From assembly GCA_030141605.1 (NCBI GenBank), contig JAQGDQ010000031.1, positions 496,001 to 560,000 of the forward strand: a stretch of DNA of 64,000 nucleotides, given 5' to 3'. Made by a program: the position numbers and the translations under genes. The notes under the pieces were generated by a model. That model was given only the letters and a program-made list of their open reading frames with translations, was not told where the DNA came from and made no database searches. This DNA is from Tubiluchus corallicola. Its lineage: Eukaryota; Animalia; Priapulida. This document shows, in pieces, positions 25,019-38,425 of this stretch; the first letter of the stretch is position 1, and each line of letters opens with the position of its first letter.

Positions 25019-28000
25019 ATGGCGACACCGTCTTCAGATAGCAGCGATCTCGATCGTCAAATTGAACAGTTGCGACGCTGCGAAATTATTAAAGAAAGTG
25101 AAGTAAAAGCTCTTTGTGCAAAAGCACGTGAAATTCTAGTCGAGGAAAGCAATGTGCAACGTGTTGATTCTCCTGTAACGGTATGTACATGAATTAAGCT
25201 GTTTGGCAGAGAAATTTTTTTATTTAAAAAAGCTGTGTGAGGTAGTAGGTGCCAGTGATGTCTTACTTTTTGGGGCGTAGTGTCAGATTCTTGCACTTGT
25301 CCTAGCAGCTGACCTACTGCCATAATGAAACAAGTACTTCTTTGAAACTAAATTAACTAACTATGACTATCTGATTCTAATATTTTGTGGCAGAGATGTT
25401 TTGAAAATTTTATTGTAAACATAGTGCAAATGTTTGTAACATGTTTTGCGTGTGCATTGGCACGTTGAAATGTGAGAAGTTTTAGAAGCTAAAAGTAGTG
25501 ATTTTATAGCGGAGACTAAATTTAATGCAAAAATTGTTTTGTGGATTTGATGGCCTACTAATCTAATTTTTGGGAGGAACACTCATTTTATAAATCCTTA
25601 CCTATCTGGCTTGGGCATAGCTACATCATTTAAACAGACTTGTGCGAGCCTCAACTTCATATGGTTTTACGTAAAACATCCTGTAACCTATTAGAATGTT
25701 TTAAGTCTGGTCGCACTACTTACTGTACAAATTTTTTCCAAAATATTTTAATCTGAAAGCCAGGAGTGAAGTTGACCAACTACTACTAAGTACAAGAAGT
25801 AGTGTTTTGCTTTGAAAATCAGTTGCTTACAGCAGATATTTGTGAAAAACTTGTTACTGAATATGATAATTTGTCACTCATAATTATATTTACCTTATCT
25901 AGGTATGTGGTGACATCCACGGGCAATTTTACGACTTGAAAGAACTGTTTAAAGTTGGAGGGGATGTGCCGGACACAAACTATTTATTCCTAGGTGATTT
26001 CGTTGATCGAGGTTTCTATAGTGTGGAAACATTTTTACTTCTTTTAGCTTTAAAGGTAAATCTTTTAGACTTTATAGGCTCACTGCAGCTGCAGACTTTT
26101 GCGCATGTTGATACCCGACCAATCTTCTTTTTCTAGGCAAATTTTACTTGAATGCATGAAAAGTCCAAACTTTTACAGGTTATTTGACAAGTCAGTTTTG
26201 CACGTACCTTGTCAGTATGCCATTCATAATGGAAATTGGGTTTAAGCAACGATTTAATTGATCGTTGGGCATATTTATCTAGCAATGTTGTACGTATTTT
26301 AATAATTAGGTTAATGTACTATGCTTCTTAATTATGAAATGTGACACTACATAATTTTTCAGAAATAATATAGTCAGGAGGTCTTAAAAGCTTACGCCAC
26401 TGCTCTTTTCGAGGCTATTATTTATAAATTATCATCATACATATAAAAAACATATGATATATAAAACATCATGTAAACCTTCCTTATTTTATGCACATTT
26501 TAAAATGTATTTTATTTATAAATGTAATTGTGAAAATACAATTTCAACTTAAATAGCCAAATAAACTTTTCTAACCTAATCTAATCTAATATAAGCATGC
26601 AATATCTGGAATGAGCCATCTTTTGTTTAATGTGTTCTTACAGGTTCGCTATCCAGATCGGATAACATTAATTCGGGGCAACCACGAGAGCCGGCAGATT
26701 ACTCAGGTTTACGGGTTTTATGACGAATGTTTACGGAAATATGGTTCAATAACCGTATGGCGCTATTGTACAGAAATTTTTGACTACCTTAGTTTGTCTG
26801 CCATCATAGATGGACAGGTAGGTGCTGAATGACTTGAATGGAAAAAATATTTTTAGGCTGAGACATATTTTTCTTTGGTTTAAAGAAAGAGTGTGATGAA
26901 GCTGTATTAAATTGAGTTCCCTGTAACTTGCCTTATCTTTCCTAACCTGTTCATTAACTCATCAATTTCAAATGTTTTACTTTATTAAATGCCAAGTAGT
27001 GTTTATTTACTGTAACCAACTTTAGGGTGATTATCAAACCGATAATTACTGTGTATCATCACCAATATTTTCAGTTTCTTATCGATAAAGCTGTCATAAA
27101 ATTATGTAAAAACATGCAGAAAATATCTTACCAGAAAAAATAGCCCAAGTTACCAAGTATATCATCAATTTTAAGTTTATGTAATTAATTCGACTTTATG
27201 CAATTACATAAGTGAAGCATATTGCTGTGCTGACTGATTGCTTCACTTAAGTTTGGCTAAACGTTGACGATACTTAAAACCATTCAACCACCTCTTTGCT
27301 TACTTGCCGTGTACACTGTATAATCTACAGACACAGTAGGCGACATTCTCTCATAGCTCTCCATGTTAAAAACTTTATGATTGTGAGTAGAGTGAATTTT
27401 ATTAAAACGATGGCTTATAATATGATCAGGAACACTACTAAAAGTTACTCGAATTTGAACACTACAGTTTGTGCTACTATACTAAATCGTTTTGATGTAA
27501 GTCATGTAGTATAATTGTTAAAATGGCTATAATTTTCTCAAAAACTATCATTTATTACCGTTTTCGATCAGTTGTCAAAAGGCATTTCAGTTTTCATTTT
27601 TGTTTCGGTTCGATTTAGTGGTTTTTTTACCGGTTCAGCTTTGGTGAAAAATTCCGTATTGGCATCAGTTTTAAAAGTTTTGTTTCAGTAATAACTGTGA
27701 ACAGCTTCAGAGAAACTGTGCAGTGTGTCGCGCCTGTAGTTTAAGTCATCAAATAGTATAGATTAGTAGTGATATTTATGCTTTTCATTGCAGATATTTT
27801 GTGTGCATGGAGGCTTATCGCCTTCCATACAAACCCTCGACCAAATTCGGACCATAGACAGGAAACAGGAAGTTCCACATGACGGACCAATGTGTGACCT
27901 GTTGTGGTCAGATCCCGAAGGTTTGTACAATGTGTTAATGAATTTGGTGTATCTTGTGACTTTTTAACAACTTTCTGCATATAGATCTGCAGTTCATGCA

Positions 28001-30207
28001 TTTTTTTAGTCTGAATTAAAGCTGTGCATTGGTCTTTTTCTCATGTGTCCCATGAAGGATATGATACTTTTGTGCACAACACTCCACAATACACTGCATT
28101 CTCCACATCACATCGTACCATGCTACACTATACCTCATTACATTATACTTCAGTGCGGTCTGTACGGTACATTGACTGCACTGCAGTGTACTACACTACA
28201 CTACATTATCTTACTCTACGCTGTACTATACTGCGCTGTAAAACACTACACACACAACTTGATACTACATTACAGGCTTTACAGTGTACTACACTATACA
28301 GCATTGCATTACTCTATGGCATGGTACACGACATTACATTACATTGCACAGCTCTACACTGTACCACGTTGTTCTTGATTATACAATATCACATTATGTA
28401 ATTTGTGTTGCATTACTTTGTAACTCGTACCGTATAGTTGTAGTGTGAAAAATGTATGTTTAAGTTACTGCAAAGCAGTTTCTCAGTTGTGTTGTACAAT
28501 AGTGTGCATAAAGCGCAATGAATACAATTATTATAGTTTAGTTTAACGCTGAAACTTGCTGAAAAGCTAAAGGTTAAACGTGCTTAATAAGTCACATAAT
28601 ACTATCAGTTAATGTGAAGTTAATGTAAATGACCTGCATGGATTTTTCTTGATTGCGTGACATGAGCTGAGCAGATGGGCAAATTTTTGTCACTTTGCAG
28701 ATACTCAAGGATGGGGAGTAAGTCCACGTGGTGCTGGTTACTTGTTCGGAAATGATGTTGTAGCACAGTTTAATTTGTCAAATGATATAGACATGATATG
28801 TCGTGCACACCAGCTTGTTATGGAAGGCTATAAGTGGCATTTTAATGAAACTGTTCTCACTGTATGGTCAGCACCGAACTATTGCTACAGGTAACAAGCT
28901 TTTTAGTGTTTTTTTGCTTACAGTGTATGTACAATTTCTTAAAAATAGTATGTACACTTGTCTATATACGTAACTATGAAAATCTCTGTGTGTGTGTGGC
29001 TTTTAGGTACAGTTAGGTCTCCCACTTACTCGTGTGCCACCAAATCATGTTGTAACCAGCAATGATTTTTCCCAGTGTGCCGCCTTGAAAAAACCACCAA
29101 TGCATAATAAGTGGTGTACGCCGTTGCGAGTTCACTAATAAAAATAAATATTTGCTATCAATAGTTTGCTAAAATTAATTGGTTTAAACTGTATTTATTG
29201 GTGCACAAAAAAAATTGGAACAATACATACAGGTGAAATCTTATAACGGTACTAGTGATTGGCTAATAGGTCTATAAAAAAGAACCATTTTGCTTGTTGA
29301 TTAGCATTAATTACACTAACATTAGGCATTCAAGCCCCAAGGCAGCTATTCTTTGTTTGATGCTAACGAAATAAAATGAACACTGAGTGACTGATTTAAC
29401 ATGCTGCTGCCTCTGGTTCTAATTGTCTGGCGTGAAGTTGGAATCAATGATATTCCTAGCCACTCTGCCATCGAAAAATGTACATTGATGCATGTGATGG
29501 CCAAAAACATGCAAAATAGCTCTTTTCAAGATATTCAACTACAGAGTCATCTGAGGTGCACCATAGCAACCAGCATGGCCCGAGAAGCGTTACACTGGCC
29601 GTGAACCGCTAATGTTCAATATGGTAGTCAATATTAAAAGGTAAAATGGTAAAGGAACACTTAAGACATTCTACTATGTATGTTGTCGTCCAAAATGTAC
29701 CATAAGAACCAGCATGGTTCCGGGAAGGTCTTGGGCTTATATCAACTTAGCTTACCCCCAAATGTGACGAGCAAAATGGCATCCAAAATAACACCGCAGA
29801 ATAGGTGGACACAGCTAGTACATGTATACTTTTACACAGTGCGATACAAATGCAACTAAATGCGATTTTTAAATGTATTCCTGTGATTGATCTCTAAGGA
29901 TTCGTTAAGTTATTAGTTCTATTAATAGATAATAGTTAACTTCAAATAGAAAGCTAAATAATGTTATTGTTAAATTCCACTTTCTCTTTCATATTTAATT
30001 ATTCGTATTTTGTACTTTCTTTGAAAACAAACAAAAAATTGCTTTCTGTGTTTTAAATAATGTTTTTTCACTTTCAGATGTGGCAATGTTGCTGCCATTT
30101 TAGAATTAGATGAACATTTACAACGTGATTTTACAATATTTGAAGCAGCGCCGCAAGAACGACGTGGTATACCAAGTAAAAAGCCACAACCGGATTATTT
30201 TCTTTGA
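25019..30207 (+). CDS. PPP4C: Serine/threonine-protein phosphatase 4 catalytic subunit, 311 aa, 6 coding exons
   Basis: Exons 25019-25180, 25903-26055, 26644-26817, 27794-27920, 28701-28890, 30078-30207 (936 nt, in phase). PPP motifs GDIHG, GDFVDRG, RGNHE, SAPNYCY. N-terminus [32 protein letters not shown] and C-terminus [14 protein letters not shown] match PP4 rather than PP2A/PP6. Confidence 0.97.
28075..28400. repeat. Degenerate (TACAC)n microsatellite in PPP4C intron 4
   Basis: Pentameric TACAC/TGCAC/TACAT tract; source of ORFs 28024-28401 and 28043-28378. Confidence 0.85.
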
Positions 30208-32311
30208 GACTCGTGTCACTTTAAGCAAATATTAGCACAATGATGTCTAGATTACTTGACTATTTTTCTTCGAGAAAACCACAGTATAACTATTGTAATT
30301 AGCAGATATTTTAATCGTTTTGTTAAGAGGTTTTATCATTGTGTGATAGGTTTAATTTGGCTCACATCCTTAACACTCCTACACACAGCCTGCTAATTGG
30401 TCGCAGAACTTCAAACTTTTCATGATCAGATTCAATATTGTGTACACTCGTGGCTGTTAATTGTTGGTATAAAAAAACACAGCAGCTGTTATTAGAGTTT
30501 AGTTCAAAATTGGATTGTTGTAAGTAAAAAAATTGTCTGTGAGAGAATTTTTATGGGTTATAATTTTCATAAACTTGCTTTGACTTAGGTTTGTCAGTGC
30601 TGAAAGAAACTGAAGCGCAAAGATATTTGTTGCTCGGGTAGACTTGCTGTTTTGCAGGGGTGGAAATTTTTTATTCTCTGTCACAAGCATTATTTCCTTT
30701 TGTTTTTCTTTTTTTATAACTCGTGCTTGCAAACGTGTAAAAATGCAATTTTTGTGGGTGTGACATTGATAACGTACTTGTAAATATTTTTCAATCAAAC
30801 TTTATCAAAAATTTTAGATTGAATTATTTATGTGCATGAAATCCACATTCACATGTTAGGCGATTGTACAGATACAGTGCTAGTTTCTTCCTGAATTGAT
30901 TCCATTATTTTTCTTTGTTTATTTTTAAAGTTGAAGTAATAATTTGATATGTATGGAGTAGCAGACCACATGTTCAAACATATTGTAAATCTACATGTTG
31001 AGAAACTGTGCAAAAAACTACTGCATGTGGTCGTCCACTGCATGAGCTATCGTGGAGCAAACATGGATGGTCTGGTGGATCTGCAGTTTACTCCAAACCA
31101 AAATTGCTTTTTATTTTCGTTTTGTATCCAGTTTGTTATGCTTAACGAAGTTGCTTAGAAATGTGCAGAATGTACATCTTGTGCTTTGCGTGGTAGGAAT
31201 ACAGAATTCCTCTATGTTGAATGCTGTTCAGGTGTGTTTTAATGTCTGTTTGTTGTGACATTGATCATCATTAGTTAATGAAAAAATGCTATTGGGTACC
31301 ATGAAAGACATACTGGGTTACGTGAATGAGGATTTGCATTTGTTTTTGTCATATCATTCCACATTTTAGGTTGATTTTTAATTATTAGTTGTCATATTCT
31401 ACTTGTAGATCATTTCAAACTTATATGACCAGGTAAATATTCTGAGTACAAATATTTTTTCCTTTTAACAAATTTTGCTTGTAAGATTTGAAAATGATGC
31501 ATTATATTATCGTTAACATTGCATAAAATTTATTGCTAGGTTTGTAAAAATTGTGTTTTTCAACTGGGGCTAATAAGTCTTAAGTCTATACGTCTAACAA
31601 ACGTCAAATTATGTACACTACATTTCATTTCTTGAGTAAAATGTTAAACTGCTCATAGTTTGAAGAATGTTTTGTTACTTACAGAATCCAAAAACATACA
31701 ATAGGATGGTGTACTCTCTGTTACCACTCCAAAACTTGCAAAAACTTTTGAACTCAGCCTATATTTGTTATCCATAATTTGCCCAAAAAAATCAAACCAA
31801 ATTTTACTTGAACTGGGGTGGAAAAAAGGCAGTTGAGTGATGACCAACCACCTGTCTTTAAATTATGCGCCAGTACACTGTGCTACGAAGATTGATGCCA
31901 TAACCATCTAGCCATAAGCCATTAGGCATGGGACTATTTTCCTTCCTCTGTATCACCGTGTATGTTATTTATCGTCTTGCTGGTGAAAATACATTTTCTG
32001 AATATTTTTAGGTCCCTTGTTGATAACATTGCTATAAACTACCAGACTTGTCACACAAATTCATCACACTTGTCTGCAAATTAGTAAAATTTTATAATTT
32101 TTATAGTAATAGATGATGGAATTGTATAAAATTGTATCATCACATTGTCATTTGTAGGATTCCATTGATGTAGATAATGAACTGTAAACAACTTTTCATC
32201 AAAATAAACATTTTAATGTAGAGAAAATTACTTTTGTGTACAAAAATTATATGGTGAGTTTTCATGAACTACATACTGTGTATCAGTTCAAACTGATTCA
32301 CAGTATAACTT

Positions 32312-32351
32312 TGTTTTAGCCACCAGTCTCTTCCGAGGCATGGGTTCGAAT
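32312..32351 (+). pseudogene. Fragment of a tRNA-Leu(TAG)-like sequence (pseudogene or SINE remnant)
   Basis: TGTTTTAGCCACCAGTCTCTTCCGAGGCATGGGTTCGAAT matches the anticodon arm, long variable arm and T-loop of metazoan tRNA-Leu (..TTTAGGCACCAGTCTCTTCGGAGGCGTGGGTTCGAAT). No D arm or acceptor stem. Confidence 0.6.
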
Positions 32352-32639
32352 GTTGTATAGCAGTAAAATGTGAGTGCTCTATAACCACATAAATAAACAG
32401 GAATACAGGAGTCCATAATAAAAGTCTTTATTGAAGTTTGGTGTGGAACAAGAGAGATGCACATGCATATTGATAGCTTGATCATTGTTGCACCTACTGG
32501 GCATGCTTTATTACCACTTAACAGACTTGTTGGATCGGTGAGAAACTGTGCTAATTTATAGAAATTGGGGAACGCTGTCTTTTGCAAGTTAACAAATTTG
32601 ATTAGTCCAATGAACTCACAAAGTCGAATAGAATAAAAT

Positions 32640-33290
32640 GAATTTATTAAATAACAACGAACACAACCACTAGAACAATACAATAGTAATACATGCAATA
32701 TTTTGTAAAATGTTATAAGGAGGAAGAACAAATAAATGCTTCTAGTCTTCCTCCTGCAAGTGGACATCATTGAAAAACAATTGTACATTTTAATAACCTG
32801 TGAAAGCTTATGGTACAACTACTACATAGTGGCTTAACATGAGGTAAACACTTGAACAACTGAACAGTTGAAAAACTATTCTCGGGTATTAACAACGACA
32901 CTTTTAAAGCAGATACAACTAGAACACACTTACTTGATAGGTTATGAATAATGGTCAATTAGAATTTGTCCGATTGATTTTTTTAGATTTACTTAAATTA
33001 AGTATTGAAATTCTTCAGGAATGTTCAACCAGAATTTTATCGCACTGTATTTAGTTATTTGCTGGAAAATGTTAGGCATACAATGTTTATTAGTAGCAAA
33101 TCTGATTGAGTGATCATGAGTATGAAGAACTGGAGTAAAATATCCTGAAAATGTTGGAGGTAATAATTTATAATTAAGTTTGTGAATAAACATCAAAGAG
33201 TGCAAGTCATCAATTTCCTTAATCTTAAAAGTGTAAGCCTGCTTGTATACTACATTAGGATAACTACTGAAAATCCTTTATATAACTTTA
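32640..33290 (-). mobile_element. Decayed CR1/L2-group LINE 3' fragment
   Basis: ORF 32993-33205: LMFIHKLNYKLLPPTFSGYFTPVLHTHDHSIRFA...KYSAIKFWLNIPEE, the same C-terminal pattern as the LINE at 21631. Boundaries approximate. Confidence 0.65.
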
Positions 33291-33527
33291 TCAGAGAAAG
33301 GTGTTTTAGGATCTAAGTTATGCTAGTATTGTACTGTCATCGCCTGTAGACATAAGTAATTTTTAAAATCGTATATGCAAGGTGAGATCATGTGTGAAAA
33401 ATAAATGACAAATTTGTCGATAGGTGGCAGAGACATCTAGCCTCGTTTTGGGTTTCCCGGTAAAGGTGCTGCATGTGCTAACGCATAAGAACGTTTAGAA
33501 CATTAGATTTAGAATCATCGAAAAAAC

Positions 33528-36500
33528 ATGTCAGAAGAAAAGGTAAGTAAAGTTGTTTGTTCTCTTTACAAATGAATAAACACGTCATTTTGTAAACTGA
33601 TTCACAAACGGTGCCTGTTAACTTCAGTTTTCATGCTACTGATCTGTGAGGCTGGTCAGTCGCCTGAACATAGTTCGATTGTTATGCATTGTGTGACAGA
33701 GTTGCGATTATTATAACGATTGTGATGTCTAACTCCGAAACCGTTCTGCGGAATGTACTTTCTGAAGAAATGTTGAAAGCAAATTAGATTAATATCTGTG
33801 TACAAGACAGCTTTTCTGGGCCTTTTAGTAGTTTTAAGGTTCTCTGAAATTTGAGTATGGTTTCACTGCCTGAGAACTGATGAATGATTGACTTTCTGAT
33901 TTGACTGATTCTTTTTACTCGATTTTGATGACTTTTTCTACAACACTCACATTGGATATCGAGTATAATTATATAATTAATTATTATTTATATACCATTC
34001 GTCTGCTTGTTTGATGCTGGTAACTGGTGTTGTAAGCGTGCACAAGCTTGTGTTGTACCCCCAATCTTCTTCAGGGGCTCTTCCAAATGACTCTTCAAAG
34101 TATTAACACTGGTAGAGTTCACTGCTTCCTCTGTTAACTGACTCCAGGTACTAATAACTCCTTGGCTGAAACTGTATTTTCGATCAAATCTAGACCTTTC
34201 GCTAATTTTTAGAGTGACTTGTTCTGTTATCATCATTAAAAGTCATTGTGAGTGGCAATGTCTTATATCGGTTGTTGCATTGAAATTCATTTTTAACAGG
34301 TGGCCGAATATATTTTGTAAAGCTTGTGCGTACTTGCTAAGAAGCAAAATTTCTTGTTCAAAGACCTGTCTTTGCAATATTGCTGATTTTTGTCTTTTCC
34401 ACAGGTTCCAGAAGAAGTGCTGTCAACAAGCCCTGGTGTTCAGTTTGAACCAGTAGTGAGGCTGCCGGCAGTAGATACAAAAACTTTAGAAGAAGATGAA
34501 CAGGAATTGTTTAAAATGTATGTTGCGCTAGTTAGCAGAGGTGCATGGTCCACAAATTTGAACATTTATGGACCTGAGTCGTAAACTTTTTTTGCAAAGC
34601 TGTGGACCCAGTTTCTTATTTGCTGTTTGCGTATCTGACATCAAAGCTGAATTTTTTCTGAAAACTTATTCCAATTTTTTCTTAACATGCAGTTCAAAAG
34701 CGTACATAACTAGCCATTATTGATTAGGTACTCATTAACCGGCTTAATGTCCAACACACTTTCTTGTAAGGGTGTTAATGATAATGACATGTATGGATAA
34801 TTTTCGTAACAATACGAAAAATTTGTCTGTTATCTTTGTTGTATCGAATTTGGGCACATATTGTTGCATATCATTCACTTTTATCAAATTACTTCATTTT
34901 GCGTTTTCATTTATACAATTAAAATATGAAAAAAATAAAAAAGGAGTTATTCATAAAGAGGACAGTCATAAGAATAGGATTTTGACTAATTTGCTTTGAC
35001 TTTTGGAAATGATGACAACATGACGGGCGGACTGAATTCACATGTACAAGTGATTCTTCCGTGTAGATTGTCATGTGCTGATCTAAAAATTATACGTTCT
35101 ACATTTATGAACATTATAGACATTTTTGTGAATGTTGTACTTTGTTTGAAAGACTGGAGATGCGAAAGAGTTAGGATACAGCCTGATCTGAACTACTTGG
35201 TATCTTAGATCACTAGACCACTGCATTCCCCAATGATTGCGACTGTCAAAAAAAATTTCCCTGTAGCTGGCCAGCCTAAGCAGAAGGTCCTTCGTTCAAA
35301 TCCAGAATGTATCACAGTTTTCTCACATTTCTGTTTTTCAAGCAACATATCAAAACTTAATTAATTGTAGATTTGTACCATCGTTAATAGTAATCTTTGA
35401 CATTGAGATTATAATGAGTAATTAAATATGCACAAAAAGTGAGTTATAACTTTATTAACCGCATGATATCATTTTCGCAGGCGTGCACGACTGTACAGGT
35501 TTGACACGTCAGTGGAACCTCCAGAATGGAAGGAACGAGGAACCGGAGACGTAAAATTGCTGTACAACTGTGATAAAGCTCTTGTACGCCTCCTCATGCG
35601 GCGGGAGAAGACGTTTAAAATATGTGCAAATCACAATAGTAAGCAATATTATTAAAGCTAAAAGTTTTTTATTAGCACTCTAGCATGCACAAAGCCAGTG
35701 TGGTTGGTAAATTCACCCATTACAAGCTTTTCTGTATTCAGTTTTCCCCATTTGTTACTTTTGTGGCATCTTCCCAGTGTTATTCCACCTAGCTGCATAA
35801 ACTTTGTATTTTGATGTGAAATGCCTCGCTGTAGGTAAACGCATTCAGCCATCTGCTCACTCAGATAAACTTCTAAACTGTGTTCTTGCATTATGATGGA
35901 CAAATATATTCCATCATTGATATAAATTTTATTTATTTTTATGCTTTTTTTATGGTTAATGTGTGTCATGTTATACACAGAGACATTGATTAATCTTTTG
36001 AAGTGTCAATCATGCATTTTGCTGTTAACAACAAAAATAAATGACCCTGGACAATTTCCCATTTCTTAAACCGTTCTAGTTCCATAATTATCAAAATGAT
36101 TAAATAAACAAAGAAGTTTAGTTTTGGACCTGCTGTGTGGTGAACTCATCATTTTCTCTATTCAGTAAAATGTAAATTGCGATGAATTAAGTTTTGGAAA
36201 TGATGACAACATGACGGGCGGACTGAATTCACATGTACAAGTGATTCTTCCATGTAGATTGTCATGTGCTGATCTCAAAACTAAAAAAAATCAGTAGTGC
36301 ACATCCTTTAATTCTAAAACGTATTTTTGTCAACAAAAGAGAAAATTTGTTGCTGCTAACTGTAGAAGTGAGTTTAACCATAACTTCAAACATTTATTGC
36401 AACAAATAATTTAAGAAAAAGCTTTGCCTATTTCTGTAATTTCTTGTCTGAGTGATTATATATATGTATATATATATATATATGTGTGTAACTCTTTACT

Positions 36501-38425
36501 TTCAGTTTCACCATTTATGGAGTTGAAGCAGCATGCTAGTAGTGACCGTGCCTGGGTGTGGAGCGTCCCAGCAGACTTTGCTGATGAAGAAGCCAAACCA
36601 GAGTTGTTAGCTATCAGATTTGCGACTTCAGAAAGTATGTTTACTCACTTATAGTTATCCATCATTTGTTGACGCGCAAAACTGAATAAACTGAAAGTGA
36701 AATCTAACAAGCATTAAAGCTCACAAGATTAAACAGAACTTATTTATGTAAATATAAATTCTAAATGCAAACAGAAATGTTAAATTTTTTAGGTCTGGAC
36801 ACTAACCTTGAAATTTGAATAGTTGTTACTATAGGTTTAAATGCTAAGCTGTAAACATTTGAAAAATCTAATCATTTAAACCAGGTAGAGGAGTAAGTGC
36901 TAACTCATAGAGAAGAGAATTCACTTTTGTATTGCTAAGTGAGGACTTAATATTTGTAAATGCAAGTGTTCTCAAGTGAGGATACGTGATTCAAATGATT
37001 TAAGCATGTTGATCGGTGAAGCCATTGAAACCCGACGTAGCAATGATGTCTTTTAGTAAGTATGCGGAAAAAACTGCAAAAACTGAATACTGAATTTGTG
37101 ACTTTTTGTCTGATTTTTTGTTTTTATCTGTTCTCGCTGTACGGCCTGTTTATTATTAAGTGTGACGTTACACAGATCTACTTTGACAATTGCTAGCCAG
37201 ACAAGATGCTAAAATATTGTTTGCTGTTTTGTGCTGCTGTTGTTGTTTCTCTAGTCATTTACAGGTTAGGGTTAGCTCACTTGAGAAGACACGTTAGCTC
37301 ATTATGGGCTTTAGACTTAAAGGAAAGTACAAGTCACTCAGTATGTTGGGTTTATTTTATTGAGTATCACTTAAACTTAGACAAATATAATGTAGAAATT
37401 TACAAAGAACTGCCTATAAAGCACAAATTTAAATTTACTGCCCCTGAATAGAAATTTTCAGGCGTGGTTGTTGCTGCTATTCACTCGAAAATGATGATGT
37501 AACTGGGAGACTTCGTGACTTTTCGTCAGTGCGTTGTGGCTTACCACAAGCATGCAGTGCTTAAACTAATTCAAACTTCTGCAGCTTACTTAATGTTCAC
37601 GTAAAAATATTACAAAATTAGCTATCTAATTTTTTTGTAAAAACTTATTATACTTTTGGGGAAGACTGACAGTGTGCTACTTTTCTTCAAGACGAATGAC
37701 GTCATTGGAGGAAGAATGGGCATTGAAAATGGGAACACCCAAGCATGAAGTTATCGGGACTTTAAAGTGATTTTACTAGTTACACGAGACGCTTGTTTAA
37801 GAGATTGCATTTTCGTTAAAAACTAAGTCTTTTTAGCATTTTTTGCGAATATTGAAATAAGCCCAGATTCCTAGAAGGCTTGACCTTTCCTTTAACTAGT
37901 AGTACTTTCAAATCAGATAGGAGAGAAGGACATTAATACACATATAATAATACATTGAAACCCAAATTAACCCAATAACAGACCATTACTGAAACATGTA
38001 TTCTTGTATGATTTCAGATGCGTTAAGATTTCAAAGCAAATTTGAAGAAGCCAAAGAGCTATCGGCAAAAAGACTAGGTAATTCTTTAGTACACATTTGA
38101 TCACTAAAACCCCCAACCAGATTTCAAACATGATTGTTTTCCTGACGTGCTTTTGTAAAACATTGAATGAACAATTCTCTTCTTTCTCATAGAGGGCAGT
38201 TTGGAAGAAGATACGAAACCCGCAGAAAATGCAAGTGAGGACAACTTAACAAACAAATTAGGTGACCTTACAGTGGCTGACGCAGGAGATACGGCAGACA
38301 CACCAGAGACTGACACTCAAACATCTAAGGACAACTCACAGGGAGATGAAGCCAGTCCAGAGGTAACAGCAGATGTAACTGCTCCCCCTGATAAGAAAGA
38401 AGATAAACCGGAGGCGGATCAATAG
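33528..38425 (+). CDS. RANBP1: Ran-specific GTPase-activating protein / Ran-binding protein 1, 235 aa, 6 coding exons
   Basis: Exons 33528-33542, 34405-34517, 35481-35638, 36506-36634, 38018-38077, 38193-38425 (708 nt, in phase). RanBD motifs [74 protein letters not shown]-like [10 protein letters not shown] and acidic tail. Confidence 0.96.
33985..34215 (-). mobile_element. CR1-type LINE 3' fragment in RANBP1 intron 1
   Basis: [37 protein letters not shown] fits the CR1 ORF2 terminal consensus (RK.FFSQRV...WN.LP...V...SVN.FK..LD); followed by an AAT-type tail. Confidence 0.7.
35001..35088 (+). ncRNA. SNORD43: Box C/D snoRNA, SNORD43 (U43)/snR70 family, copy 1 (RANBP1 intron 2)
   Basis: Terminal stem TTTTGGA/TCTAAAA; box C ATGATGA 35009-35015; guide TGACGGGCGG 35021-35030; D' CTGA 35032-35035; box D CTGA 35078-35081. 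The guide is complementary to SSU rRNA CCGCCCGUC, and the +5 rule points to the C equivalent to human 18S Cm1703. Confidence 0.88.
36192..36280 (+). ncRNA. SNORD43: Box C/D snoRNA, SNORD43 (U43)/snR70 family, copy 2 (RANBP1 intron 3)
   Basis: Nearly identical to 35001-35088 (one internal G/A change and a different 3' stem end); flanking intron sequences are unrelated. Confidence 0.88.

Noticed and set aside
28024-28401. Y/T/L/H-rich ORFs of 125 and 111 aa
   Set aside because: Translations of the (TACAC)n microsatellite.
32288-32818. 176-aa minus-strand ORF
   Set aside because: No motifs or splice support; overlaps LINE 3' UTR-like DNA and the tRNA fragment.
33453-33462. E2F/STAT-like TTTCCCGGTA upstream of RANBP1, and CTCF-like motifs at ~20575 and ~33420
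   Set aside because: Short imperfect matches; cannot be supported from sequence alone.
37491-37560. Box C (ATGATGA) in RANBP1 intron 4, and GTGATGA at ~26893 in PPP4C intron 3
   Set aside because: No suitably placed box D, terminal stem or recognisable rRNA guide.
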